Shown: piece after piece, positions 24,990-35,768 of the stretch | How the letters are laid out: each line of letters starts with the position of its first letter | Position numbering within the stretch: the stretch's first letter is position 1 | The notes under the pieces: model-generated | Told to the model about the DNA's origin: nothing | Database searches by the model: none | The model's input: only the letters and a program-made list of their open reading frames with translations | Position numbers and translations under genes: made by a program | Assembly (NCBI RefSeq): GCF_028641065.1 | Contig: NC_073390.1 | Span: forward strand, 6,014,001 to 6,078,000 | Origin: Leucoraja erinacea | Taxonomy: Eukaryota | DNA: 64,000 bases | Direction of reading: 5' to 3'

Positions 24990-27105
24990 TGTCCAGGTTC
25001 AGCGCATTAAAGATCGCCCAAGGTCCAGGAAGCGAGAATGTGCGTGACCACGAGAAAGGGTGATAGGCAAGGGGTGCATGTGACCATCTCCCTTCGAATC
25101 AGGGACACCCTTTTCGGTGTTGTCGGCAGGGGACGACATATCAAGGTTGAGCAGCAGTACCAGGCAGGACTGTGGCACCAAGCCTGGCTCTGAGGCAATG
25201 CAGGGAGAGCCACAGTCGTAGCTAACTCTATAGTTAGAGTGCAGACAGGAGATTCTATGCAGCAGTTGAGACTCCAGGGTTGTATGTTGCCTCCCTGCTG
25301 CCAGGGTCTAGAATGTCTTGGAATAGCTGCATGATATTCTCAAGGGGGAGAGGAAAACAATTATAGGGAGTTAGATAAAAGATTTTTAAAAAGCAGATCC
25401 TCTAGTGTAGTGATATCTGGGCTACTTCCAGTGCCACATGATAGTGAGGTAGTAACAAGAAGATAGGGCAGGTGAATATGTGACTGAGGAGTTGGTGCAT
25501 GGGGCGCGGATTCAGATTTTTGGGCCATTTGGATTTCTTCTGGGGCAAAGGTAACCTATACAAGAGGGATGGGTTGCACCTGAACTGGAGGGGAACCAAT
25601 ATCTGTCAGACAGGTTCGCTAGTGCCACACGGGTGGGTTTAAACAAGATTGGCAGGGGGGTGGGATCCTATTCAGGACCAAGACAGGTGGGAGACTGGAG
25701 ATCGCTATGGATTGTGATGAAAGAAAGTTCAGTGAACAGAATAGGCAAGAGAATGACAAGTATCACTGTTTGTTTGAATTGCACTTATTCTAATGCGAGA
25801 GGCCTGATGGGCAAGGCTGATGAAAACAGGACATGGATAGGTATACATGACTGGTACGATGAAGCCATTACAGAAACCTGATTAAGAGAGAGACAGGACT
25901 TGGAGCTTTATGTTCCAGGGTACAGATTATATTGGAGAGACAGAGGTGGGGGTAAAAGAGGAGGCGCTGCTTGATTAAGGAGGTTAGCATGGCAGTGGTC
26001 AGAGATGACACTACTGATGGTTTGTCCAGTGAGGCTATATGGGTGGAGCTGAGAGATAAGAAAGGGATGATCACCTTGTTGGGAGTGTACTGCAAGCACC
26101 AAATGGTCAACAGGAATTAGAAGAGCAAAAATGCCGAGATTGTAGCCAGCCACAGGACCAATAAGGTTGCCATAGTAGAGGATTTCAGCTTTCCCAAAAT
26201 TGACTGAGACTGTCATGGTGCAAAAGGTTTAGATGTGGCAGATTTTGTCAAACGTGTTCAGGAAAGTTTTCTCAGGCAATAGGTAGAGGGCTCCACATGG
26301 AAGAGGGCAGTGCTTGATCTAGTCTTGGGAAATTGAGAGAGGCAAGTGGCTGAAGTTATGTGGATAAGCCTGTTGGGATCAACAACCACTCTTCTATTAG
26401 CTTTAAGATAGTTACAAATAAAGACAGGATGGGCCCGCGAGTTAAAATTCTAATTTTGGCCAAGTCCAACTTTGAAGGCATGAGACAGGAACTCATTCAA
26501 GTTGATTGGAGCATGTTATTTGCTTGGAAAGCAACGTACAGAAAGTAGGATGTCTCTAAAAGTGTGCTGACAAGAGTTCAGGATATCCATGTTCCGGTTA
26601 GTGTGAAGGTCAAGGAAGCTTGGATGACGAGAAAGGTCAAGAATAAAAAGGAGTCATGGAACAGGTATAGGTAGCTAGGATCAAGTATATCCCTGGAGAA
26701 GGTCTGAGAACTGAGGAGAAAATCAAGGGAGGAAATCAGGAGGGCAAAAAGGGGGCAGGAGATAATTCTGGCAATATTAACGATAATCCCAAGAGACATT
26801 GCTAGTGCATTAAGGGAAAAATGGTAACCAGAGGGAGAATAGGGTCCCTCAGGAATCAAAGCAGTCAACTCTGTGTGGAGCCACAAGAGATGGGCAAGGT
26901 CCACAGAGTATTTCTCCTCTGATTTTAATGTGGAGAAAGACACAAGGACCTGGGTAGCTGCGGCAGTCAATGGAAGTGTCTTGAGGGCAGTCAGTATTAT
27001 GGTCAAGGGGGTGCGAAGGTCCTAACGCATATGAAGGCAGACAAATCTCACGGGCCTGGCCACATACATCAGAGGACGCTTTTGCAAGCTTGGGAAGAAA
27101 TCGTA
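24990..27105 (+). mobile_element. Decayed CR1 5' half (ORF1 esterase-like region and APE endonuclease)
   Basis: tgttgcctccctgctgccagggtc (CCLPGARV-like), YSNARGLMGK and KADKSHGP motifs with many stops. Confidence 0.8.
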
Positions 27106-27275
27106 CATGGGAGATCATGTCACACGTATCTGATTTGGGAGAAAACCGGAGCACCCAAAGGAAACCCACAGGGAGAATGTGCAAACACCATACAAACAGA
27201 ATCAAACCTGGGTCAGTATCGAACCTAGGTCTCTGATGCTGTGAGGCAGCAGCGCTACCAGCTATGTCGCTGTGC
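27105..27275 (-). mobile_element. V-SINE fragment
   Basis: gaaaaccggagcaccc...gggagaatgtgcaaac...ctgtgaggcagc. Confidence 0.75.
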
Positions 27276-28919
27276 CCTTCCTGTCAAAGCATCATAGTTA
27301 CAAGCTCTGATCCAGGCTCTAAGTTAATCTGCTTTACTCACACTACTCCTTGTGTTGAGTCAGTTTCACCATATTCCTCAACCTATCCCTGACTATTCTT
27401 CCTTTGTGAATCACTGGTCATAACTTCCACCTTCCCTTCACCCCTTCCATTTGCTGACCTTCTGCTCTGGTCCCCAATCCCCTGCCAACCTTCCTGAGCA
27501 GCACTAGAAAATGTCCCTGCATTGGTTCCCCTCCAGTTTTGGTGTAACTTGCCAATCTAGTGCAGGTCACTTCTGACCAGAGGAGATCCCAAAAGTCCAA
27601 AATTCTGAATTCCTGCCTCCTGCACCGACTCCTCAGCCATGCATTTATCCATCCTATCCTCTTACCCTTACTAGCACCTCGTTTATCCTGTTTTAAAAGC
27701 CCCCTTGAAACTTCAACTACTTGTTAAGTCTCTGGGTTTAATGGTGCTTTACTGCCACCGTTGCGAAGTGCAAATAAGCAGTGAAATCCCTTTCTTACAA
27801 ACAGTCCAGTAGAGTATCGCTATACCATCTCCAATTAGTAATTGCGCAGAAATAGTCCACTGATCCCACATGCAAGAGGCGCCATGTTTTAGCACCATTT
27901 TCCAAGTCCAGGCCACGTTCCAGCTGTCTTGAGCAGTGCACGACTCAGACACACCTCAGGCTGCTGCAAGCCTCCCGCCAGCAACCTACGTCCTCCCCTC
28001 GTCCATCCACCTTTGTTCTCCTGGGGCGCCTCCACCAGCTGATCTCGAAGGTACGGTGGGCCTGACTCCGGTTCCCTCTCCTCTCTTTCTGGCCTCGCTC
28101 CTCTCCAGTCATGTCCATTGCCGTTGCTACCCTCACGGTCTCTGGTCTTCGGGGGATGAGCGGTTGCAGTTCAGCAGGCTGCTCCTTCCAGACCGCGGCC
28201 CACCATGTCTTCCGAGCATGCCTCAGTGGCTACCCCTTGCAGGCCATGGCATGCCGGGTCTTGCGTTCAGCCGCTGTCTGCGCCGACTGTTGCGCTTGCC
28301 CGTCGGTTGAGCAGGGTCGGTGGTTCCCCTGTGTGGGCCCTGGGAGACTTCAACCACGTGCAACACCCCCCCCCGGGAGCCTTTCAGCCAGAGGTTAATC
28401 TCTTTGTGGTCCTTCTATCTTTAAACAATTTGAGATGCGCTATGCTCGGAATAACATAAATGAATATACACACCCTACCAATGAAAGTTGAATTGTTAAC
28501 TACCTCTACAGCTTAAAATACTTTTATTCCCACTTTCTAGTTCTAATGGAGGGATCTTGACATAAAATGTTGACTCTGTTTCCTTCCCCACTGATGATGC
28601 ATGACGTGTTGGGTGTCCAGCATTTTTATTAGAATTTCTAGAATTTGCAATTGTTTTTATTCAACAAAACTAAAACATCAATTTATAGTTTTGATCAGTT
28701 TATTATAAGAAAAAGGTGATAGCACAAGAGAGAGCATAGAATGTAGATTTAAGAGGATATTGCTAGAAATGTTGGATTATAGATACGAGGAGAAATATCC
28801 AAAGCTTTTATATGCAAACATATATGACAAAATAAAAGGTAAAAAGAAGAGTAGGCCAAATTGCCCTGCGAGCCTTACAGTGATTTACCTGCCTCTGAGA
28901 ACAGTCTGTTTGGTGCCAC

Positions 28920-29821
28920 TATAGGGGGGGTTGCAGGGAAGGTCACCGGGTCATAGGGCTCGACGCACGGAGACGCTAAATCCAACTGGAAGACATCCGT
29001 CACTTCCGGTATATGTTATTAATGCTACAAACGCGTACTTTCCTACCTGTTAAAAACCGCCAAAATGTTGAATTTTTGCGCTGAAAAAAATTTTTTGCGC
29101 TGAAAAAAATTGTGGCAGTCGGGGTAAGTGTGAGGGACATGTACCCAACTTCAGAATTACAAAAGTGAAGCGAAATGAAGGTATAGAGAAGCGAGAACTG
29201 AAGGGACTACCGCAGCTAAAGTACTTGGTAAACATTGAAAATATTGGGAATTATCACGTTTGCTCACTGCATTTCATCAAGTAAGGCATTATTTGTGTTT
29301 TTTCTTGATTCCTTTGGTATCTAAAAATTCTCGGAAGTGATAAATCTGGCTGTAAATTTTTCTTCAGATGCGTTTTCATTCTGTATGTAAAAACCCACGA
29401 GAAACATGGGCGATTTAAAAAAATTACAGCCAGATTTATCACTTCTGAAACTTTTTAGATGCCAAAGGAATCAAGAAAAAACACAAATAATGCCTTACTT
29501 GATGAAATGCAGTGAGCAAACGGCCAATGTTTGCCAAGCACTCTGGCTGTTGTTGTCCCCTTCAGCTCTCACTTCTATCTACCGTCATTTCTCCTCACTT
29601 TTGGAATTCTGAAGTAGGCTAAATGTCTCTCACTCTTATCCCGATTTCCATAATTATTTACAGCGCAAAAATTGACAATTTCAGCGGGTTTTAACGGGCC
29701 CGCTACGCTGGAAACAATGGTAAGTGCCTACCTGCAGTACATCGCGTGTAATCCATTTGGAGTAGCGTAGCAACAGTACGGGTCATGGGTCGTGACCCGA
29801 CTGCCGTGAAACCTCCCTATT
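28920..29821. mobile_element. Unclassified foldback non-autonomous DNA element (TATAGGG...CCCTAT ends)
   Basis: Imperfect terminal IRs; about 100-bp internal inverted repeat 29257-29360 vs 29417-29522. Confidence 0.65.
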
Positions 29822-29967
29822 GGCTTTCTATCTGATAATTAATTCTCAATCTACGTATTTAACACCAACGTCCAGGTGCTGTAATCTTGTGAAGCAACCT
29901 CCTGGAAGCCTTTTCTACATCTAAATACACCACTTCCATTGGTTCCCTTTATCTTTATAGAGAAATT

Positions 29968-30262
29968 CAGTGGTGCAGCTGGTACAGCCACTGCCTCACA
30001 GCGCCAGACACCCGGGTTCAATCCTGACCTTAGGTGCTATCTGTGTGGAGTTTGCACATTTTCTCTTGTGACGGCGTGGGTTTCGTCCAGCATCGCAAAG
30101 ATGTGTAGGTTCGTAGGTTAGTTAGCCTTTGAAAATTGTCCCTATTATGTCAGGAGTGGGTGAGAAAGTGGGATAACATAGAACTAGTGTGAATGGGTGA
30201 TCGATGGTCGGCATGGACAAGGTTGCCCTGCTTCTATGCTGAATATCTAAATTAAACTAAAT
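29968..30262 (+). mobile_element. V-SINE (HE1-like)
   Basis: ctgcctcacagcgccagacacccgggttcaatcctgacct...ggagtttgcacattttctc; (CTAAA)n-like tail. Confidence 0.85.
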
Positions 30263-30368
30263 ACACTAAAGTGTTCTACTGGTCACATCTACAAAGAACT
30301 CCAGTAGAGTAATCAAACACAATGTTCCTTTCTTAAATCCATCGGACTGCTCAATCCTATTATTCTTT

Positions 30369-31243
30369 TATAGGGTGATTTCACTAAAGGTCACTGGAGC
30401 GTGGATCCGCACCCACGTGACCAAAATTCTCAGGTGGAGGACATGCTATCCATCAGTTGTCAGTTGGACAAAATTAGGACATTTTATTATTTGCCAAAAT
30501 ATATTTCTCAATGTTTCTTGTTTAAAGCCTGCACATTCACCCAAACGACTTATGTATTAATTGGGTGAATGTGCAGGCTTTAAACAAGAAACATTGAGAA
30601 ATATATTTTGGCAAATAATAAAATGTCCTAATTTTGTCCAACTGACAGCTGATAATTATCACATTCCTTAGCTTGCATCTGAGTGAAATTTATTTAAAAA
30701 TGCATTGATAGTTTATCATTATTTAAATGGTAAATGCAGCTTCAGAGGCGTTTTGATTTTGCATGTTAAAACCAACCTGAGAACCATGGCCGATTTTGAA
30801 CTTTTACTGAGTGATTTTTCACTTTTAAAAATTCTCATCTAACAAATGAATAAAGATAAAAAAGTATATAATGCCTTACTTTTGATGAAATTCAGCGGGA
30901 AAACGCGATATTTCCCGATATTTTGGACCTTTAAATATCCTCGGCAATTGTCGGCTCCTGACTTCCGGTGGATAGGCACCTTCAGTTCCCTCTTGAATTT
31001 ACCTTACTTGCTATCTTTTTTTCCCCCTGTAAATCTAGGTAGCTGTGCCTCACAGTCACCCCGACTGGCACAGTAAATTGCAGCTCTCAACCTCGCCGTT
31101 TTCTATGTTTTTAACGGGTGGGAAAATGCGATTTTTCCCATCCACTAACATGTACCGGATGGATAGCATGTCCTCCACCTGAGAATTTTGGTCACGTGGG
31201 TGCGGATCCACGCTCCAGTGACCTTTAGTGAAATCACCCTATA
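30369..31243. mobile_element. Unclassified DNA element with about 85-bp perfect TIRs and an internal 93-bp hairpin
   Basis: TATAGGGTGATTTCACTAAAGGTCACTGGAGC... with its exact reverse complement at the right end. Confidence 0.8.
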
Positions 31244-31529
31244 GGTATTATATCGTTACATCCTTCAGCAAAGAATCAGGCATTTCCCTTAACATTGATT
31301 TGAGGCTAACAAGTCATACAGCCTCTTGATTTCTCTCCCTTTCTCAATCAATGAATATATACATATGTTTATCCCAAATAGTCAGGTCATGAAAGAAAAT
31401 ATATCATCAGCAGCCTTTGCACAACTTCTTTAAGTCCTAACTATTACCTGATCACCATACCTTTCAATGTATTCTCTCCCAATCAACCACAGGCAATTCT
31501 TCTATACCTTTCTTTAGATTTAAGATCCT

Positions 31530-32045
31530 TAAATAAGTCCATCTAGATGAACTGAAGGATTGAGCCAAGAAATGGCAAATGGAATTTAACTCCGATAAGT
31601 GTGATGTGTTGAATTTTGCAAAGTTAAACGAGGGCAGGTCTTATACAGCAAGTGGTAGATAGAATGTTGTAAAACATAGATATCTGGGGATGCAGATGCA
31701 TTGTTTTCTGAAAAACAAGGTGAAGGAGATGTTTGGCACATTTGCCTTCATCAAACAGAGCACCGTTTAGGAGTTGGAATATCAAATTACAATGGCATTA
31801 GTTGTTGGTAAGACCACAGTACCGTCTGCCATTCTGATCACCCAACTTTAGGAAGGATGCAGAGAAAATTCACAAGGATGTCACCGGGATAGGATGGCTT
31901 GAGTTATAAAAGGCAAGTTGGATAGGCTGGGGCTGTTTTCACTGGAGCATAGGAAGTTGAGGGATGACCTTATTGTAGTACACAAAATCATGAGGGGCAT
32001 AAAGACTTTTTTCAAGTAGAGGATTCTAAAACTAAAAATCATAGG
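31530..32045 (+). mobile_element. Old CR1 3' fragment
   Basis: Similar to other CR1 copies (atggaatttaac...aagtgtga; ggataggctggggctgttttcactggag). Confidence 0.75.
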
Positions 32046-32642
32046 CCTTCTGCGTGAAATATTTTTCCTTCCTCTCACTCATAAATTAGTAATTGGGCTT
32101 TCGCACTTTTGATGGTTGCACGAATTTATCAAGATTATCTACACTCAATCTACATTGTAGCGTAACAGATTCATCCATAACTTGCTCCCTCTCTTCCTTG
32201 GACTTGACTGTCAACACAGTAGGCCTGTAAATTAATGGGCATTCAGTGCCCACTCGGATGTGTTTCCTGGCGATCATCTCGCTCTCCCACAACCGAGTAC
32301 TTCCTACTGTTGTGCAAGAAGGAACTGCGGATGCTGATTTAAACCGAAGATAGGCACAAAAAGCTGGAATTACTCCTTGCTACTGCTGCCGAGCGTGGCC
32401 CCGGGTGCTCAAGCCTCATTCATTCAATGACTCAGCTATTGGGTCCCAAGCAAAGATTGTAGACCCAAGTAACTAGTGCGCGAATATGTTAACGCCGCTA
32501 AACGAGGCAGAGGGAGGTGGTGGACTGGCAGCGTTCTCCCGCTGGCATTAAACATTAAACATAGCAGAGAGACCCGAGATCATCCCGACATTGGGGACGC
32601 GAGCGGCGAGGCGGCGGCAGCGGCCCGAGCAGCTTCACTCAC

Positions 32643-32658
32643 CGGCCGAGGTGATCAT
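32643..32658 (-). CDS. PSMD1: PSMD1 coding exon 1 (MITSA, plus first base of Ala6)
   Basis: Minus strand reads ATGATCACCTCGGCCG|GTGAGT inside a CpG-rich region; matches the vertebrate PSMD1 N-terminus MITSAAG; phase 1 joins exon 2. Confidence 0.93.
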
Positions 32659-32912
32659 GTTGTGACCGCTCACTCGCTCAGCGTCCACTCGGTGTGTCGG
32701 CTTGTCGTTCGGTGCCCACTGGCCGCTCGGTGTGTCGGTACTGCCCGGTGCTCGGTGCCCGCTGGCCGCTGCTGGTCGCCGCTGGTCGCCGCCGCCGCTG
32801 TCGCCCTGACTCAGGGGTTTTCACACAATCCGTCCACACTCGCCTCAGGGTCCTCCCGTCTCATGGCGTCCTCCGCACCCGCCTGCCTGCCCCCTCCCGC
32901 CTGCAATCACTT

Positions 32913-32935
32913 CAACAACAACAACAACAACAAAC
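32913..32935. repeat. (CAA)n microsatellite in PSMD1 promoter
   Basis: caacaacaacaacaacaacaaac. Confidence 0.85.
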
Positions 32936-33107
32936 AGCCCCTTGCGTTTGATTGAAACAAATCGTAATTATTACAAGTATCTAGTTCACAGAGGAGTGGG
33001 GGTACTTTCACAGGTCTTTCACTTGTGTCAGGCAAAGGTTAGGCAGCCGCGTGGTGGCCCCGCCGTTGGTGTAGCGTCAAAGGGCGAAGAGCGGCGGTGA
33101 CGTCACG

Positions 33108-33143
<36 letters not shown>

Positions 33144-33222
33144 GACATACACACGTGCACACAGACACGCACAGACACATAAAACACACACACGCACACA
33201 GACACACACGCACACAGACAAC
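33108..33222. repeat. Imperfect (CA)n microsatellite
   Basis: cacacaca/gacac runs. Confidence 0.9.
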
Positions 33223-34239
33223 ACAAGGCAAAGATGCACTGTACCCTTCACCACAGCGAGGACGCTTCAAACAATGTTAAATTAGACTAAATGTTCAAGA
33301 AGGAACTGCAGATGATGGAAAATTAGACTAAGATTTGTGGAACGGCGGACAGACCCGAGGGTCCTGTGTTTGTATGAATATAAAATAGGAACCATGTTAA
33401 ACGAGGACACAACAAACTTAGAAAGTGGAGCAAAACACAACGTGCTGGAGTTACAGCGGCACTTATGTACGGCACTTATGTACTACTGACTCTCACAGCT
33501 ATCTGGACTACACTTCTTCCCACCCTGCTTCCTGCAAAGACTCAATCCCCTGCTCCCAATTCCTCGGTCTACACCGCATCTGTGCCCAAGATGAGGTGTT
33601 TCATACAAGGGAGGTTCCCCTCTCCCATCATAGATGAGGCCCTCACTCGTGTCTCCTCATTCCGCTGCAGCTCTGCCCTTGCTCCCACTCCCCCCCCACC
33701 CCCCAGTTGCAACAGGGACAGAGTTCCCCGTCCTCACCTTTCACCCCATCAGCCACCGCATACAGCACATCATACTCCAACATTTTAGCCCCCCCCCCCC
33801 CCCCCACCCCATTTCCACAGAAACCGTTTACTCTGCAACTCTGGTTAACTCATCGCTTCTCACTCAAACCACCCCCTCACCAGGTACTTTCCCCAGCAAC
33901 ACCCAGGAGATGCAACACCTGTCCCAATATCTCCGTCCAAGGACCCCGACAGTCAGGTGAAGCAGAGGTTCACTTGAACCTCCTCCAACCTCCAACTGTA
34001 TCCGCTGTTCCAGGTGTGGACTCCTATATATCGGCGAGACCAAGTGCAGACTCGGCGATCATGTTGCTGAACACCTAGGCCAATGCGATCTTCCAGTTGC
34101 TAAACACTTTAAATACCCCCTCCCATTCCTATACTGAGCTTGTGTAGGAAAGAACTGCAGATGCTGGTTTAAATCGTAGAGACACAAAATGCTGGAGTAA
34201 CGCAGCGGGACAGGCAGCATATCTGGAGAGAAGGAAACG

Positions 34240-34273
34240 GTGACGTTTCGGGTCGGGACCCTTCTTCAGACTG
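34240..34273 (-). ncRNA. Minimal hammerhead ribozyme motif
   Basis: Reverse complement cagtCTGAAGAagggtcccgacccGAAAcgTCac. Confidence 0.72.
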
Positions 34274-34725
34274 ATGTCAGGGGAGTGGGCAGTACAGAGA
34301 TAAAATGTAGTCGGAGACAGTAAGACTGGTCGGAGAACTGGGGGTGATGGAGAGAGAGGGAAAGCAAGGGCTACTTGAAATTAGAGAAGTCAATGTTCAT
34401 ACCGCTGGGGTGTAACTGCCCAAGCGAAATATGAGGTGCTGTTCTTCCAATTGCGCTGGGCCTCACTCTGACAATGGAGGAGGCCCAGGACAGAAAGGTC
34501 AGTGTGGGAATGGGAGGGGGAGTTATAAAGTGTTGAGCAACGGGAGATCAGGTTGGTTTTTAGGCGGACTGAGTGGAGGTGTTCAGTGAAACGATCGCCA
34601 AGCCTGCGCTTGGTCTCGCCGATATTCAGGAGTCCACACCTGAAACAGTGGATACAGTAGATGAGGTTGGAGGAGGTGCAAGTGAACCTCTGTCTCACCT
34701 GAAAAGACAGCGGGGTCCTTGGATG

Positions 34726-35768
34726 TAGGTATGTTGCAAAGCCTACCTGAAGCGTCGCTGAAAATCTGTCGCTGCGGGTGTGCGCGATTTTGGCGCCGTT
34801 TAGAGGGGCGGGTTTAAAACGCGATTTTCCCTAGGCTGTTCCAATCAAGGATGTTCAGCCTAGTTAATTATTAACGGAAAATCACTGAAATATTCCGTCG
34901 CTTTAGCTATTATTAGTTTTAAAGGCTTTATATAATTGTTGTAGTAGTTTAAAAACTACTAGTTTAACCTCTAACCCCGCGACCACCGGCAACCGGCAGG
35001 GTCTCATACAGCAGACAACAGAAGGTAGGCTGTTTATTTTTACATTAAAAAGGGCTTCTTAAGATCCCTTTATACAAAGTTTAAAGTTGCGAGTAGCTCA
35101 TTTTGGGCCCATTATATCCCGCAGTATTTTTCTGGGCATTTGAGGGCACAAATCCACCGCAATGTGAACGTTCTAAACCAGCCCGTTCACAGGAACCCAC
35201 TAGAAAGCTGATTTAAATTGACTTTAATTTACAGTAATTGAACACGAAATTCCTTCCATTTGGCCTATAAATTAATGTAAATGAGATTTAAAAATCATGG
35301 TTTATTGTGAATTATTTGTGAATATTATTTGGACACTTAGGCTATTTAAAAATGTTAATCGTTTATTAAGAAATAGATAGATGTTTAGATCTAGTAATTG
35401 AAGTTTGAACTTAGCTCCAATTGGGTAACTAACTAATTATATGCTTTAATTTCAGGTCATCCAAGTAAAATTGATTTATATTTGTTTCAGAATGCTTCTA
35501 TGATAACTGAAAATTTCATTCAGTTCTCTTAATTTTTAAGAAAGTTATGGACTTTTGACTGTCCACGATCACAGCTTTTTTGTTATGTCCATAGAAAATC
35601 AATAGGGAACAAGATGCTAATTTCCGAGTATGAAAATGGCCATAACTTTTTAAATACTTGAGATATGAAAGTGAATTAGGTGTCAAATTAAACTTCTTTT
35701 TATGCTTTATCTGATGGGATAAATTGCAGACTTGATTTTTAAAATCTCAAAATTTTGTAACATTGCTA
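34726..35768. mobile_element. Non-autonomous DNA transposon (TAG...CTA ends) inserted in a Penelope-like element
   Basis: Imperfect 15-bp TIR TAGGTATGTTGCAAA / TTTGTAACATTGCTA; TTGGATG duplicated on both flanks; PLE sequence resumes on the far side. Confidence 0.8.

Larger units (their letters stand above)
32380..33120 (-). promoter_or_regulatory. PSMD1 CpG-island promoter / 5' UTR with CRE (TGACGTCA 33098-33105), AP-1-type TGACTCA (32807-32813) and ARE-like ATGACTCAGC (32427-32436)
   Basis: CpG-dense stretch around the start codon in otherwise CpG-poor DNA; motifs read directly. Confidence 0.7.

Noticed and set aside
32811-32864. 17-codon uORF (MRREDPEASVDGLCENP*) upstream of PSMD1
   Set aside because: TSS unknown and it may lie outside the transcript; GCCAT is equally explained as a YY1-like promoter motif
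32476-32955. 159-aa plus-strand ORF over the PSMD1 promoter
   Set aside because: Non-ATG start, low complexity, antisense to exon 1; typical CpG-island artefact
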